Assembly: GCA_965153285.1 (NCBI GenBank)
Contig: OZ229120.1
DNA length: 64,000 nucleotides
Direction: 5' to 3' (one strand)
Source: Podarcis tiliguerta
Taxonomy: Eukaryota
Made by a program: the position numbers and the translations under genes. Of this stretch, positions 47,301 through 57,424 are shown piece after piece. Position 1 is the stretch's first letter; each line of letters starts with the position of its first letter. The notes under the pieces are model-generated. The model had not been told where the DNA came from. It saw nothing but the letters and a program-made list of their open reading frames with translations, and made no database searches.

Positions 47301-48006
47301 TGTTAATTTTCCTTCTTGTGGTGGTTTTTTTGTGGTTTTATAAAATACAGTCCGTTTAAGTTTCACATTCTTTGCTATGGGGCTGCGGACTGTGCTGCCT
47401 GTTTCACGATAGCAGACTTCTACTGAGTCAAAAGGTTCATGCAACAAAGAGCCTTGTTCTCAGGAGCACTCAAATGTGAAATTGCTGATCTCTTAACAGA
47501 AACGTGGAACTTGTCCCTAAGACCCCAAGGACTGGAACATGTCCAATGTGACACAAATACGTTTAAAAGGGATTCAGGCGTGGGGAGGGGTTTGGAACCT
47601 GGAAATTACAGGTCACTTAGCTTAACATCTGTCCTGGGAAAACGGGTGAAAAATATTGTCAAATAAAAATAACCAAGCATATAGAAGAAGAAGCCTTTGC
47701 TGAAGCAGAGTCTCACTAACCTATTTAGAGTTCTTTGAGAGTTTAAACAGGCATATAGATAGAGGTGTTCTGGCTGACACTGTGTTCTTGGACTTTCAAA
47801 AAGCTTTTGGCAAAGCACCTTGCCAGAGACTCTCCAGTATGCTTAGCAGTCGTGATATAAGTGGAGAGGTCCTCTTGTGGACCAGGAATTGGTTCAGTAA
47901 CAAGAGGCAGAGTGTAGAAATAAATGAGCAGTTCTGCTGGAGGGAAGGAAGGAAGGGAGTCCTCCAGGGACCTGTGCTTTTAAACCTGTTCATAAATGAT
48001 CTAGAG

Positions 48007-48144
48007 CAGCCTTTCTCAGCCTGTGGGTCCCCAGATGTTTTTGAAGTACAACTCCCATTATCCCTAGCTAGCAAGGCCAGAGCTCAGGGATGAAGGGAGT
48101 TGTAGTCCAACAACATCTGGGGACCCACAGGTTGAGAACCGCTG
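48007..48144. mobile_element. Palindromic hAT-type MITE (related to 1078-1212)
   Basis: Imperfect TIRs CAGCCTTTCTCAGCC / GGTTGAGAACCGCTG; TSD ATCTAGAG at 47999-48006 and 48145-48152. Confidence 0.88.
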
Positions 48145-48152
48145 ATCTAGAG

Positions 48153-48400
48153 CATGGGTAGACAGCCTAAGGCCCGGGGGCTGGATCCGGCCCAATCGCC
48201 TTCTAAATCCGGCCCTCGGACAGTCCGGGAATCGGCATGTTTTTACATGAGTAGAATGTGTGCTTTTATTTAAAATGCATCTCTGGGTTATTTGTGGGGC
48301 ATAGGAATTCGTTTTTTGTTTTCAAATTATACTCTGCCCCCCCCCCAAGGTCTGGGGGACAGTGGACCGGCCCCCTGCTGAAAAAGTTTGCTGACCCCTG
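48153..48400. mobile_element. hAT/Charlie-like non-autonomous element
   Basis: Ends CATGGGTAGACAGCCT / AGTTTGCTGACCCCTG; GGCCC subterminal motifs; TSD ATCTAGAG at 48145-48152 and 48401-48408. Confidence 0.85.
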
Positions 48401-49526
48401 ATCTAGAGTTAGGGGTGTGGCCAAGTTTGCTGCTGATTCTAAGTTGTTTAGGTTGCTAAAACAAAAAACGGATTCTGAGGAGCCCAAAAAGAACCTCTGC
48501 ATCCTGAGTGAATGGGTCATAAAATGGCAGTTGAGAGGAATTGAAAATAAAACTTACCAACATCATAATTCTGTGGGGTGTCTTCTTTTGGAATGCTTTG
48601 TACAGTTCTGGTCACCTTGCCTGAAAAAAGGATGCTGTTCAGTTGGAAAAGACTCAGAAAAGGGCAGCCTTTTAAATGATGATGAAATGATGCCTGACAT
48701 GGAGACAATGGATATAGAAGGAAGAGTTTCTCCCTCTCTCAGAACCCTGGAAGTTGTGGGCATCCAGCAGAGCTGCAGGTTGGGGTATTCAGGACACAGA
48801 AAAGAAAGCGCTTCTCCAGCCTTCCCCTCAGTTGGGGCCATCCAGCTGTTTTGCACTACAACGCCCATCAGCACCGTCCCCATGGAGCTGCACGGATGGG
48901 AGTTGGGGTTCAAAACGTCTAGAGGGCACCAGGTTGGGGGAGGTGGCTTCAGAGGTTTTGTCCAGTCAGATACTTTATGAAGCTCCAGGTGCTTCCTGGG
49001 CTATGGATTTCCAGCCAGTGGTCTAACAGGTCCGTTCGCAAGTGGAATGAATCTGTGTTCTGTTTCCATAGGAAAACGCAGCTTGGATGTGTTCCTTCAC
49101 TGGATGAGCCAGTCGGTGTTGGGAAAAATTGGACTGTGACCCCATTTTTTAAGGAGTTTGTTTAAGATGTGCTTTTAGACAACAGCAGGGCCAATCCTCC
49201 TGCAGTCAACTGTAATGGAAGTTGCTGGTTATACTGAGTGACCGTAGTAGTGAATGCACAAATGCCAGAAAGCATCTAGACTTCGCTTTGCAACTCACTG
49301 GTCTGAAAATAACAGCACACCGAATCAAGGAGCCCAAACAGGCACCCAAGAATGTTTTGCATTTTGACCATTCTGGGAAGGTTGACCTGCTAGCAGGTTG
49401 CCCAGGGGGATGAACATGCTGCTTCATGTGTTTTTAAATCAGTCCATCACCTTTAGGAGCAAAGGAGGCTGCCGTATTGTGAGTCAGAGCAATGACCCAT
49501 CATCAGTGTCTACTTTGATTTGGCCA

Positions 49527-49650
49527 GGCCTCTCTGGGATTTCAGGCAGAGAGAGGTCTCACCCAGCCCTGTCTGGAGTTGCCAGGCATTGAACCTGGAA
49601 CCTTCTGCAGGCACAGCAGATGCCCGACCACTGAGCTATAGCCCTTCCCC
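49527..49650 (-). mobile_element. tRNA-derived SINE (Squam3-like)
   Basis: Reverse complement begins GGGAAGGGCTATAGCTCAGTGGTCGGGCATCTGC...AGAAGGTTCCAGGTTCAATGCC (A and B boxes). Confidence 0.75.
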
Positions 49651-52600
49651 TAGCACAGAAGCAGGCAGGTGCACAGGTAAGTTGCAGCTCCTTTTTCAGA
49701 CATGGTCAGCTTATGATGTGGATGCATTTTTTCTTTCCTTATTCTCTTTGCCTCGTTTTTGAAAAGTGTCCAATCATCTCATAAACGGGGCTCATCTGTC
49801 ATGGCCTTATGGTTTAGAATGCTTTTTTGGTGGCATTTTGGAGACCCATTATGAGGTATCAATGGGCATTTTTGTGGTCAGGGGGGCCATCTGGACAACC
49901 TGTTTGGAGTGGAGGCAGAACGCAGGAGTTGTGGGCACTTTGGTAAACATCAGCGGCTGCTTTTCTGTTTAAATAATGAGCGAGGGCTGTCATTGGGACT
50001 CAGAAGTCCTCCCCAAGCAGAAGGGATACTGAATGTTAAGCCAAAGCAAATATGTGAAACAGAATTCTGGGGAATAAATTATGCAGATGAAGTCCAAACC
50101 GTTTGTGCACAGGAAGCGTTTGCTTTTGGGAGAAAGAAAGCCCTGCAAACATAGTCTTCTCCCATTTGGAAGCTTCTCTAGCTGAAGACATAATCATCTG
50201 GGAATATCCCTCTTTTGAGCCCCATAGAAATAAACAGGAGATGCGCAGGGCACAGATTTTCTGTTATTTATCTGTCTAGCAAATGAGGTTAAGTGGACAG
50301 GGCACCCCAGGAAATATGTCAAAGCTGGTAATGTCCAGAAAGAGCAAATGGTTGGAGCTGTTGAGAGGTGCAAAGGTGGCACCTTAATAAGAGCATCAGG
50401 AGATCTCTGAAGCTGGAGAGACAAATGGGGGCCTGTCTAGTCTGGCATCCTGTTCATACCATGACCAGCCAGATGCCTCTGAGAAGCCCAAGAGCAGGAC
50501 ACAGGATCACCAGCAGCTGGTGTTCAGAGGCACTTGGATGGCACTGAAGGGCTGGGGAGATGTTGTGCATTCCCTTGGCAACAAAAATTATCCAGGAGCT
50601 GCACATTGAAGGGGCTAAGTTTAAATCAGTGCTAAAATGCCAGCAGTAACCCTGGGTGAAGCTCCTGCAGTTCCCATCTGTTGGCTGGGAGACTCATTGG
50701 CAGAAATGAAATCAAGAGAGCAGGCTAGAGAGCTTGATCCACTTAATCCTTCTGCTGCAGACACTGGCTGGCTGCTGCCTTTGGGGCTAACGGGTTTCCG
50801 TTGTTTGACTTCGCCCCATCCTTCAGCCTTGCCTTCTTCTCAGGTGGGGCTTCACAGCCGTTTCTTCAAACAGAGCTTATCCTCGCCCTGGGCTTTTGAG
50901 AGCTATCTCGTCTCAGCAGCTTTAATTGGAGGGTCCCGCTTTTTGTGGCGGGTGCAGTGGAGAGATTTTAAGCGTCTGTCTAAAGTACCATTGTTGTGTT
51001 CAGTGCAGTGGGAAGCTCCCTTGATGGAATGAGGCGCAGTTTGTAAGGACCAACAGCAGAGGGTATCTTCTCTGCAGCAAATACAGCCTTGCTTCTGTGG
51101 GCTGACTGCGGATGTGTTTGGAGGGGTGATAGGTCAGTTTACAGCAGGGGTGCCTCCCCCCTCGGCCCTCCAAACCACATGGGACTCCCAACTCCCACCA
51201 TCCCTCCTCATTGGCCATACTGCAGCTGGTAAGAGCTGGGAGTCCAACAACATCTGGAGGACCACAAGTGTTCCCCATCTGTGGCTTAAAGGGAAGTGTG
51301 GTGCACATGATAGGAGGCAGCAGGTGTTGCTTTTTGCTCTTCAGGATGATTGCATAATATTTGCATTGATTGCATATATAAGATTTCTCATAGAACGAAT
51401 TGTCTTAACAGTTATGCAAAAGTTAGAACAATAAAACCCCTACTGGGATTAAAAATCACAGTTAAAGGAAACTCTGGAACAGGAATAGCAATAACCTCCG
51501 GGTTATAGGGCAGTATATAAATTTATTTATTATTATTACAACAACTATCGTAACTTTGTCAGTAGCACCAGCTTGCGCATCCAAGACTCTCCCAGGAAAA
51601 GATCTGAGAATATCCTGAGGTCACTCTCTCTCAGTCAAGGAATCACCAAGACACAGTTTCGGGCCATGTTCTCCTGCTCATTTGCCGTCTTACCTATTCC
51701 TTTTGTGAATTGCTTCTCGTGACATATCTTGAATCGATTTCACAGTAAAATTGTCAACAATAAAAACAATTGCATATATGCAAACTATCCTGTATGTGCA
51801 GTTTAAAACAGCTACATATACAAAAACAATTTCTAATAAAGACGCAGACTGGGACAAGCTGACTTATATTCACTGGAAAGGCTTTTTGTGTGCGTTTTCA
51901 GAGAAAGGCAGCCTGCCAGGGAGGAGGCGCAGGAGATGTTCCTGTTGTCATTCAAGCTAAGATACAGGGCTAGCCGTGTTAGTGGACCTAAGAGACAAGG
52001 TGGTGAAACAAGAGGAACACGCTGAGATGCCTTCAGCACCATGGTCAGCAGCACCTGCTGTTGCCTGATTAGGCATTGGGATGTGCCAAAGGGCTCCTGC
52101 CCCTCCCTGCTTGTGTCTTGTGCCTCGGCCCAGTAGACCTGAAGGAGCATCTCCACCCCTATCGTTCAGCCTGGACACTGAGGTCCTGTTTAGGGAAGTT
52201 TTTAATGTTTGAAGTTTTATTGTGTTTTTAATATTCTGTTGGGAGCCACCCAGAGTGGCTGGGGTATAACTAATACATAATTATTATAAATTATTGTTGT
52301 GTATTTCTTATTGTGGGAATGCATTGCGAAAGAGGGCCCATTTGTGCAGGAAATGAGCTTGCAGTTGTTAGGCAGAGTCTGCTTGACACGTTTGTGCAGT
52401 GTTCTTAACCCTTTTCCACGCTGAGGCCTCTGCTCTGATGCAGCCCAGGATTTCATCACCTCTCCGGTCAGAGGTGCATATCCCGGTTAATATCTGCCCC
52501 TAAACACTTGACAGGCCATAATCCTTAACATGGTGCTTCTTCAGGGCTGGAGGAAGGTGATTGGTGGCTTGAGGAATTTGGTCTACTTCCCTTGTTGTTA

Positions 52601-52969
52601 TGGTCAGATGGTTCCCTAGTTTAGACTCCACGGGGCAGTGGGACGTGTGGATGTGATCTGCCTCCAGAGACCAATGGATCCAAATGGTTCTCTAAGGATT
52701 CTGGGAAGTTTTTTGTAGATGAGGCCAGTCTCTGAAATCAGAAGTTGGTCTGGGTTGTTGACACAATTTCTTTCTATCTAGACACTTGAGGGGAGCCTCT
52801 TCTGCTCTGTGGTTTATGCTGAGCTGGGGCTGAGAAGATGGCTGAGATGTGAGCTCAAGCCCCTCTTGTCTAGCATCTGATGGCCTCGCCTCTCCCGGAG
52901 TGTTGGTCTTCCTCTCCCTGTGCAGTCAGTCACTCATGCACTTGCACCCTTCTCCAGAGCAGGAGCCTT

Positions 52970-53017
<48 letters not shown>

Positions 53018-53848
53018 CTCTGGTGTGCATTTGACGGGCCGTTTTCTGCTAGAGGCTCAGCTGCATCTTCTGTGGTTTATCCACCCACATGCTTAGGGAA
53101 GAATTGCTTACCATACAGTTTATCTGGAGTTCAGAGCTTTACTCTTCGGGAAGTTGGAATGAAGTAGAGAGATAACTAGGATTTTTAAAATATAGAATTA
53201 TGTATACCTCATAGACATCAAAGCACTTGGCCTACATTGCTGAACTCTTTCTTTATCAGTTTTAATAATTCCTCACTGATTCAGCCCCAAATTAAGTCTT
53301 AGCAGTGAATTAAAACTCAAGGCCCCCACAGTGCAGAATGTTTAAACTCCTAACTGGAAGCGGAACCCCAGGGAAAGGCTGTCGCTTTGCCTGCAGAAGC
53401 TTCCAGGTTCCTTCTCCAGCTTCATCCGAATAAAGCTTTCTTGGAGTGAACCTCTTCCAACCCCTTCCTCTGTGGATTGTCTTTTGCTACCTTAAATTCC
53501 TTGGTATCTAGACTGAAGCCCAATTCTGCCTCCACGAGGAATGCATCCAGAGAGCTTCTGTGTGGCGGCAGCTTGTTCTGAGGAGGCGCTGCTATTAGAA
53601 AGCAGCTTCCCTGGTGAGGTCGACACAACTGCTTGGAGAGCCTCCTTGTTGGTGCTCTGCATTCCTGGCAGGAGGCTCCTGGAGTCTCTCACGGGGTGTG
53701 GCTGTCAGGCCTTTGAACCTGACACTGGACCATCAGGAGGTTCCCCAGGTTAGGTCTGGAGGTGATCTCTTTTTCTTCCTTCCGCTCTGTGGTCTGGGAG
53801 TGAGCTTCATGTTGGATGACCTGCCCTGGTGTGGCTTGTCTTTTGAGC

Positions 53849-54277
53849 TGTCGCAGTCCGGTTCACGGGCGATCGAAGTCCTGGCAGGGGACGTCAGGAC
53901 CGGGGGCAAGATGGCGGGGTGGGAGCAGGAAGGGGGGTCCAAAAGCCAGGAGCCAGAAGCCAGCAGTCCAAGTGTCAGAGAGCCGGGAGTCAAGAAGCCA
54001 AGGGTCCGAGGGTCAGGAAGCAAGGAGTCAAGAAGCAGAGGTTCAAGGATTAGGAAGCAAGAAGCCAAATGCAGGAAGCGTGTTGCTGCGGCAAAAAGCC
54101 GAAGGGAAATGCTGACCTTATATCCCTTCCCAGCTCTTGCCACCAGGTGCAGTGAGTTACCAATCGGCCTCGCCTGTGTGGCTGCGCCTTGCCTCTTCAG
54201 AACAAACTTAGGAAAGCCCCAGTCCTGCAGAGTCCTATTGGTCACAGGGCCCGGCTCCTGCACACACACACCTGACA
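53849..54277 (-). mobile_element. Probable solo LTR (Gypsy-like)
   Basis: TGTC...GACA termini; 5-bp TSD TGAGC/CGAGC (53844-53848 and 54278-54282); minus-strand ATATAAG at ~54117-54123; internal AAGCCAG/GAGTCA short repeats. Confidence 0.65.
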
Positions 54278-54949
54278 CGAGCTACCACACACTCACCTGA
54301 GAGAACCAGGGCTTATTTTGGCTTCTCCAGACCCTTCCCTTTCCCCATAATCTTTGGCAACTCCCATCATTCGCCCTCCGCTAAAGCATTTTGGTCATTT
54401 ATTTCCATCGAATTCTTCTGTGGCCTTTTGAAAATAGCCACACAATCTCTTCATCTCTCTCTCACTCAGAAGGCAGATCAGAAAAAGAGATGTGTTGATG
54501 ACAGGTACATGCTCAGAAACAAGGAAGTATAATTGAAACAGCAGGCCAATGTAAACCAAAATAACAGCAGTTACTATGCTGTGACTAATTAATTAATTAA
54601 AATGCCTTTTTCCAAACACAACGTACCATAAAAATGGCTAAAAATAGGTTTAAAAACAAACTCACGGTGGGTTTAAAAACAATACAGAATAAGCACTGAA
54701 AGCAGAGACCTCTTCATCCAACTGGAAAAGCCTTCCCAAACAAAAAGGTATTTAATTGTTAATGAAAGTACAGATAGTTGGCCCCTATTGTATCTCGGCA
54801 AGGATTCTGTTCCACAAAACAGGGGCTGCCACATGGAAAGCCCTGCTCTGAGTTCCTGCTTTTGTTTTATGGACTTTAAGGTGAAACTCTCCCACGGAAA
54901 GCAGTGACCTGCTGATTGTAGCAGATCTAAAGGCTGCCAGTGAACTTAT

Positions 54950-55870
54950 CCCCAGTGAATGTCTCTAAACCTTTTTAAGGCCATCTAAGCTAGTAGCCAT
55001 AATCACATATTCGGGCAGCGAGTTCTGTAAGTTAATTAAAAATGTGAAGCGGAATTTTCTCTTGTGTCCTGAATCTGCTATTAGTCAGTTTCACTAGGTG
55101 ATTGAAAGAGAGAGGGGAAAATCTGGTGGGAAACAAAACCTTTGCTTCTCCTATATTGTGTGTAACCTCTGCACCAAGCTCCCCCCTCCACACTTCATAC
55201 ACAACTTCCGTCTGTCTAAAAAATCTCCAAAAGTCAGCATTTCCTCTTCTTGGAGGGGCTGCAGTTCCCAGATCATTTTGAACCATGTTTTCTGTCCCTT
55301 TTGCAACTCTTGTGATGTTATTTTTTGAGATGAGACAACCAGAAGTGTCTGTAATATTTCAGATTCAGGTAGGTAGCCGTGTTGGTCTGATGCAGTAGAA
55401 ATAGATATGAAAAATAAAAAAATTGTCCAGTTGCACCTTAGAGACCAACTAAGTTTGTTCTGGGTATGAGCGTTAGGTATCAGAAGAAGTGTGCATGCTC
55501 ACAAACACTCATACCAAGAACAAACCTAGTTGGTCTCTAAGGTGCTACTGGACAATATTTTATATATTTGTAATATTCCAGATGTGGTTGCACCACAGAT
55601 TTCAATAGCAGCAGTACAGTACTTGAGACTTTATTTCCTAATACTCTGTAGCATGAAATTTGTCTTCTCGCAGCTGCTGCTGCTGCACACTGCTCCAAAT
55701 TTCCATTGCTTTCTCAACTGCAACCCCAACATCTCTCTCCTGGTCAGTTGTCACCAGCTCAGACTCCTTCAGTATATATGGGATGTACTCCCCACTTCCT
55801 CCTCCCGCCCCCATCACTTCATGCTTATTCAGATTGAACCTCGTTTGCCATTTTATTGTCCATTCATCCA
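54950..55870 (-). mobile_element. Old degenerate CR1 fragment interrupted by a Penelope remnant
   Basis: CTTTTTAAGGCCATCTAAGCTAG, ACCAGAAGTG...TATTCCAGATGTGG and ATTGAACCTCGTTTGCCATT resemble the reverse complement of the CR1 ORF2 3' region. Confidence 0.55.
55365..55568. mobile_element. Penelope-like element terminal remnant with inverted arms
   Basis: GTAGCCGTGTTGGTC start; ~49-bp inverted arms 55422-55470 and 55508-55556; flanked by ~15-bp TSD TGTAATATT(T/C)CAGAT. Confidence 0.75.
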
Positions 55871-56747
55871 GCTGAGAGGGATCCTCTGACTTCCATTTTG
55901 TGTCTTACGAGGACTAAGGCTGTGTTCTTCAAGGCTGCTACAACCCATCTACCTATTCCCATTTTGAGAGGGTGTGTCATTAAAATTCCACCAGAGACGT
56001 CTGTGAACTGAAGGAGCCAAACGCACAAAGAGGACCACCCAACAAACGAGCATTGAAAACTTTGACCAGGTTCTCAGGAGGGGATGAAGCGCTTGTGTTT
56101 TGTGGGGTGGGAGGGGACTTTGCGCGCTTCTCAAGAAGAGGTGAGGAGCACCTGCTGACGTGAGCCTCGGGGGGACAAGTTGGTCTTGAGGAAGCCTCAT
56201 GAAGTGGAGCCTTAAGAGGAGAAACTCCACGCTTGTTGAGAGACCTCTCCTTTTGGGCCCCCAAAAGGCTGCGAGGTGATTTCCAAGTTCCAACTCATAA
56301 ATACGGTAAAAAATAATAACTGTGCAGCAAAAGGCAAGAAACTGATTAAACTAGCTCCAAGGAGTAGGCATAAATGCAAGTCGGTTTAAAGTAATATAAA
56401 GCGTAACAGCAGGAGTTGGAGAGGTTTGGGCAGAGAGTTCTGGCTTTCCTTCCTCCCAGTGTTTGCTCTTGTTGGGCGTTGGGTCACACAGGCTGGTTGT
56501 CGGCTGGCCACTCTCCAGGGCTGCTGGGGAGCCCCCTTGCTCTTGCTGAGGCACAGTCTCCGTGCCCAAGTTTGGGTGCATCAGTGATGATGTTTTGGCA
56601 GTTAATGCCGGAGTGGGTGTACAGCTGGTGATGAAGAGATATGGGATAAAAAAGACCACCCCCCCAGCAACCATGCAATTGCAATTAGCCGCAGCCCCTG
56701 CAACCTCTCCCTTTCCTAGCGAGCTGTGAAGAAATCACTTGTGGGTG

Positions 56748-56750
<3 letters not shown>

Positions 56751-56783
<33 letters not shown>
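56751..56783. repeat. (TG)n microsatellite
   Basis: Direct reading. Confidence 0.95.
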
Positions 56784-56784
<1 letters not shown>

Positions 56785-56860
56785 TGCCTTGCTGTGCTGC
56801 CTGCTCTCATCTTTCCCGAGGAGGAGCTCGTTCATTGCTTTTTGTCACATTGCTTTTTGC

Positions 56861-57060
56861 NNNNNNNNNNNNNNNNNNNNNNNNNNNNNNNNNNNNNNNN
56901 NNNNNNNNNNNNNNNNNNNNNNNNNNNNNNNNNNNNNNNNNNNNNNNNNNNNNNNNNNNNNNNNNNNNNNNNNNNNNNNNNNNNNNNNNNNNNNNNNNNN
57001 NNNNNNNNNNNNNNNNNNNNNNNNNNNNNNNNNNNNNNNNNNNNNNNNNNNNNNNNNNNN
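56861..57060. other. Assembly gap (200 N, fixed-size placeholder)
   Basis: Run of exactly 200 N. Confidence 0.99.
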
Positions 57061-57313
57061 GGGTTCCAGGGCAGCTGTGGATTTTTTTGATTTAAAAAGT
57101 CTTCCACTTTGCACTTCCTGCCACCTGGATGCTGTGGAGCCCAATGCATTTCTCACCTCGACCCGTGAAAGACCCCACCCCTCGGTGGGGCAGGCGTTGG
57201 CTCCCCCGTGCTTCTTCCTTCGGGGAAAGGGAGCTTTCGTGTTCTTTCGCTTTCCTTTGATTTCCCCAAGTTTCTTTTCTGTTTGCATCTCCTTATGCTT
57301 TTGTGTGTTTTAG

Positions 57314-57320
57314 CCGCAAG
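57314..57320 (+). other. Candidate 7-nt microexon CCGCAAG
   Basis: AG-free pyrimidine/TGC-rich tract of ~40 nt, TTTAG acceptor, consensus AAG|GTAAGT donor. GCATG at 57340 and (TG)n at 57387. Confidence 0.5.
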
Positions 57321-57385
57321 GTAAGTTCTAAGGCTACAAGCATGAAGTTTGAGGCAGCTCTAAAGAGGTGGGGGGAGATGGACAG

Positions 57386-57386
<1 letters not shown>

Positions 57387-57423
<37 letters not shown>
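57387..57423. repeat. (TG)n microsatellite ~66 nt downstream of the candidate microexon
   Basis: Direct reading. Confidence 0.95.

Positions 57424-57424
<1 letters not shown>

Larger units (their letters stand above)
47440..48665 (+). mobile_element. Degenerate CR1 reverse-transcriptase fragment interrupted by two MITEs
   Basis: Motifs PGNYRSLSLTSVLGK, LDFQKAF, GVLQG..LNLFINDL, then KFAADSKL after the insertions; multiple frameshifts and deletions. Confidence 0.85.

Noticed and set aside
49766-49815. Possible exon 11 (VSNHLINGAHLSWPYG)
   Set aside because: The available AG gives a phase-0 reading that hits TAA after five codons, and the donor is poor.
53614-54300. 228-aa and 181-aa overlapping ORFs as a nested gene
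   Set aside because: They coincide with the repetitive interior of the solo LTR; low complexity and no recognisable domain.
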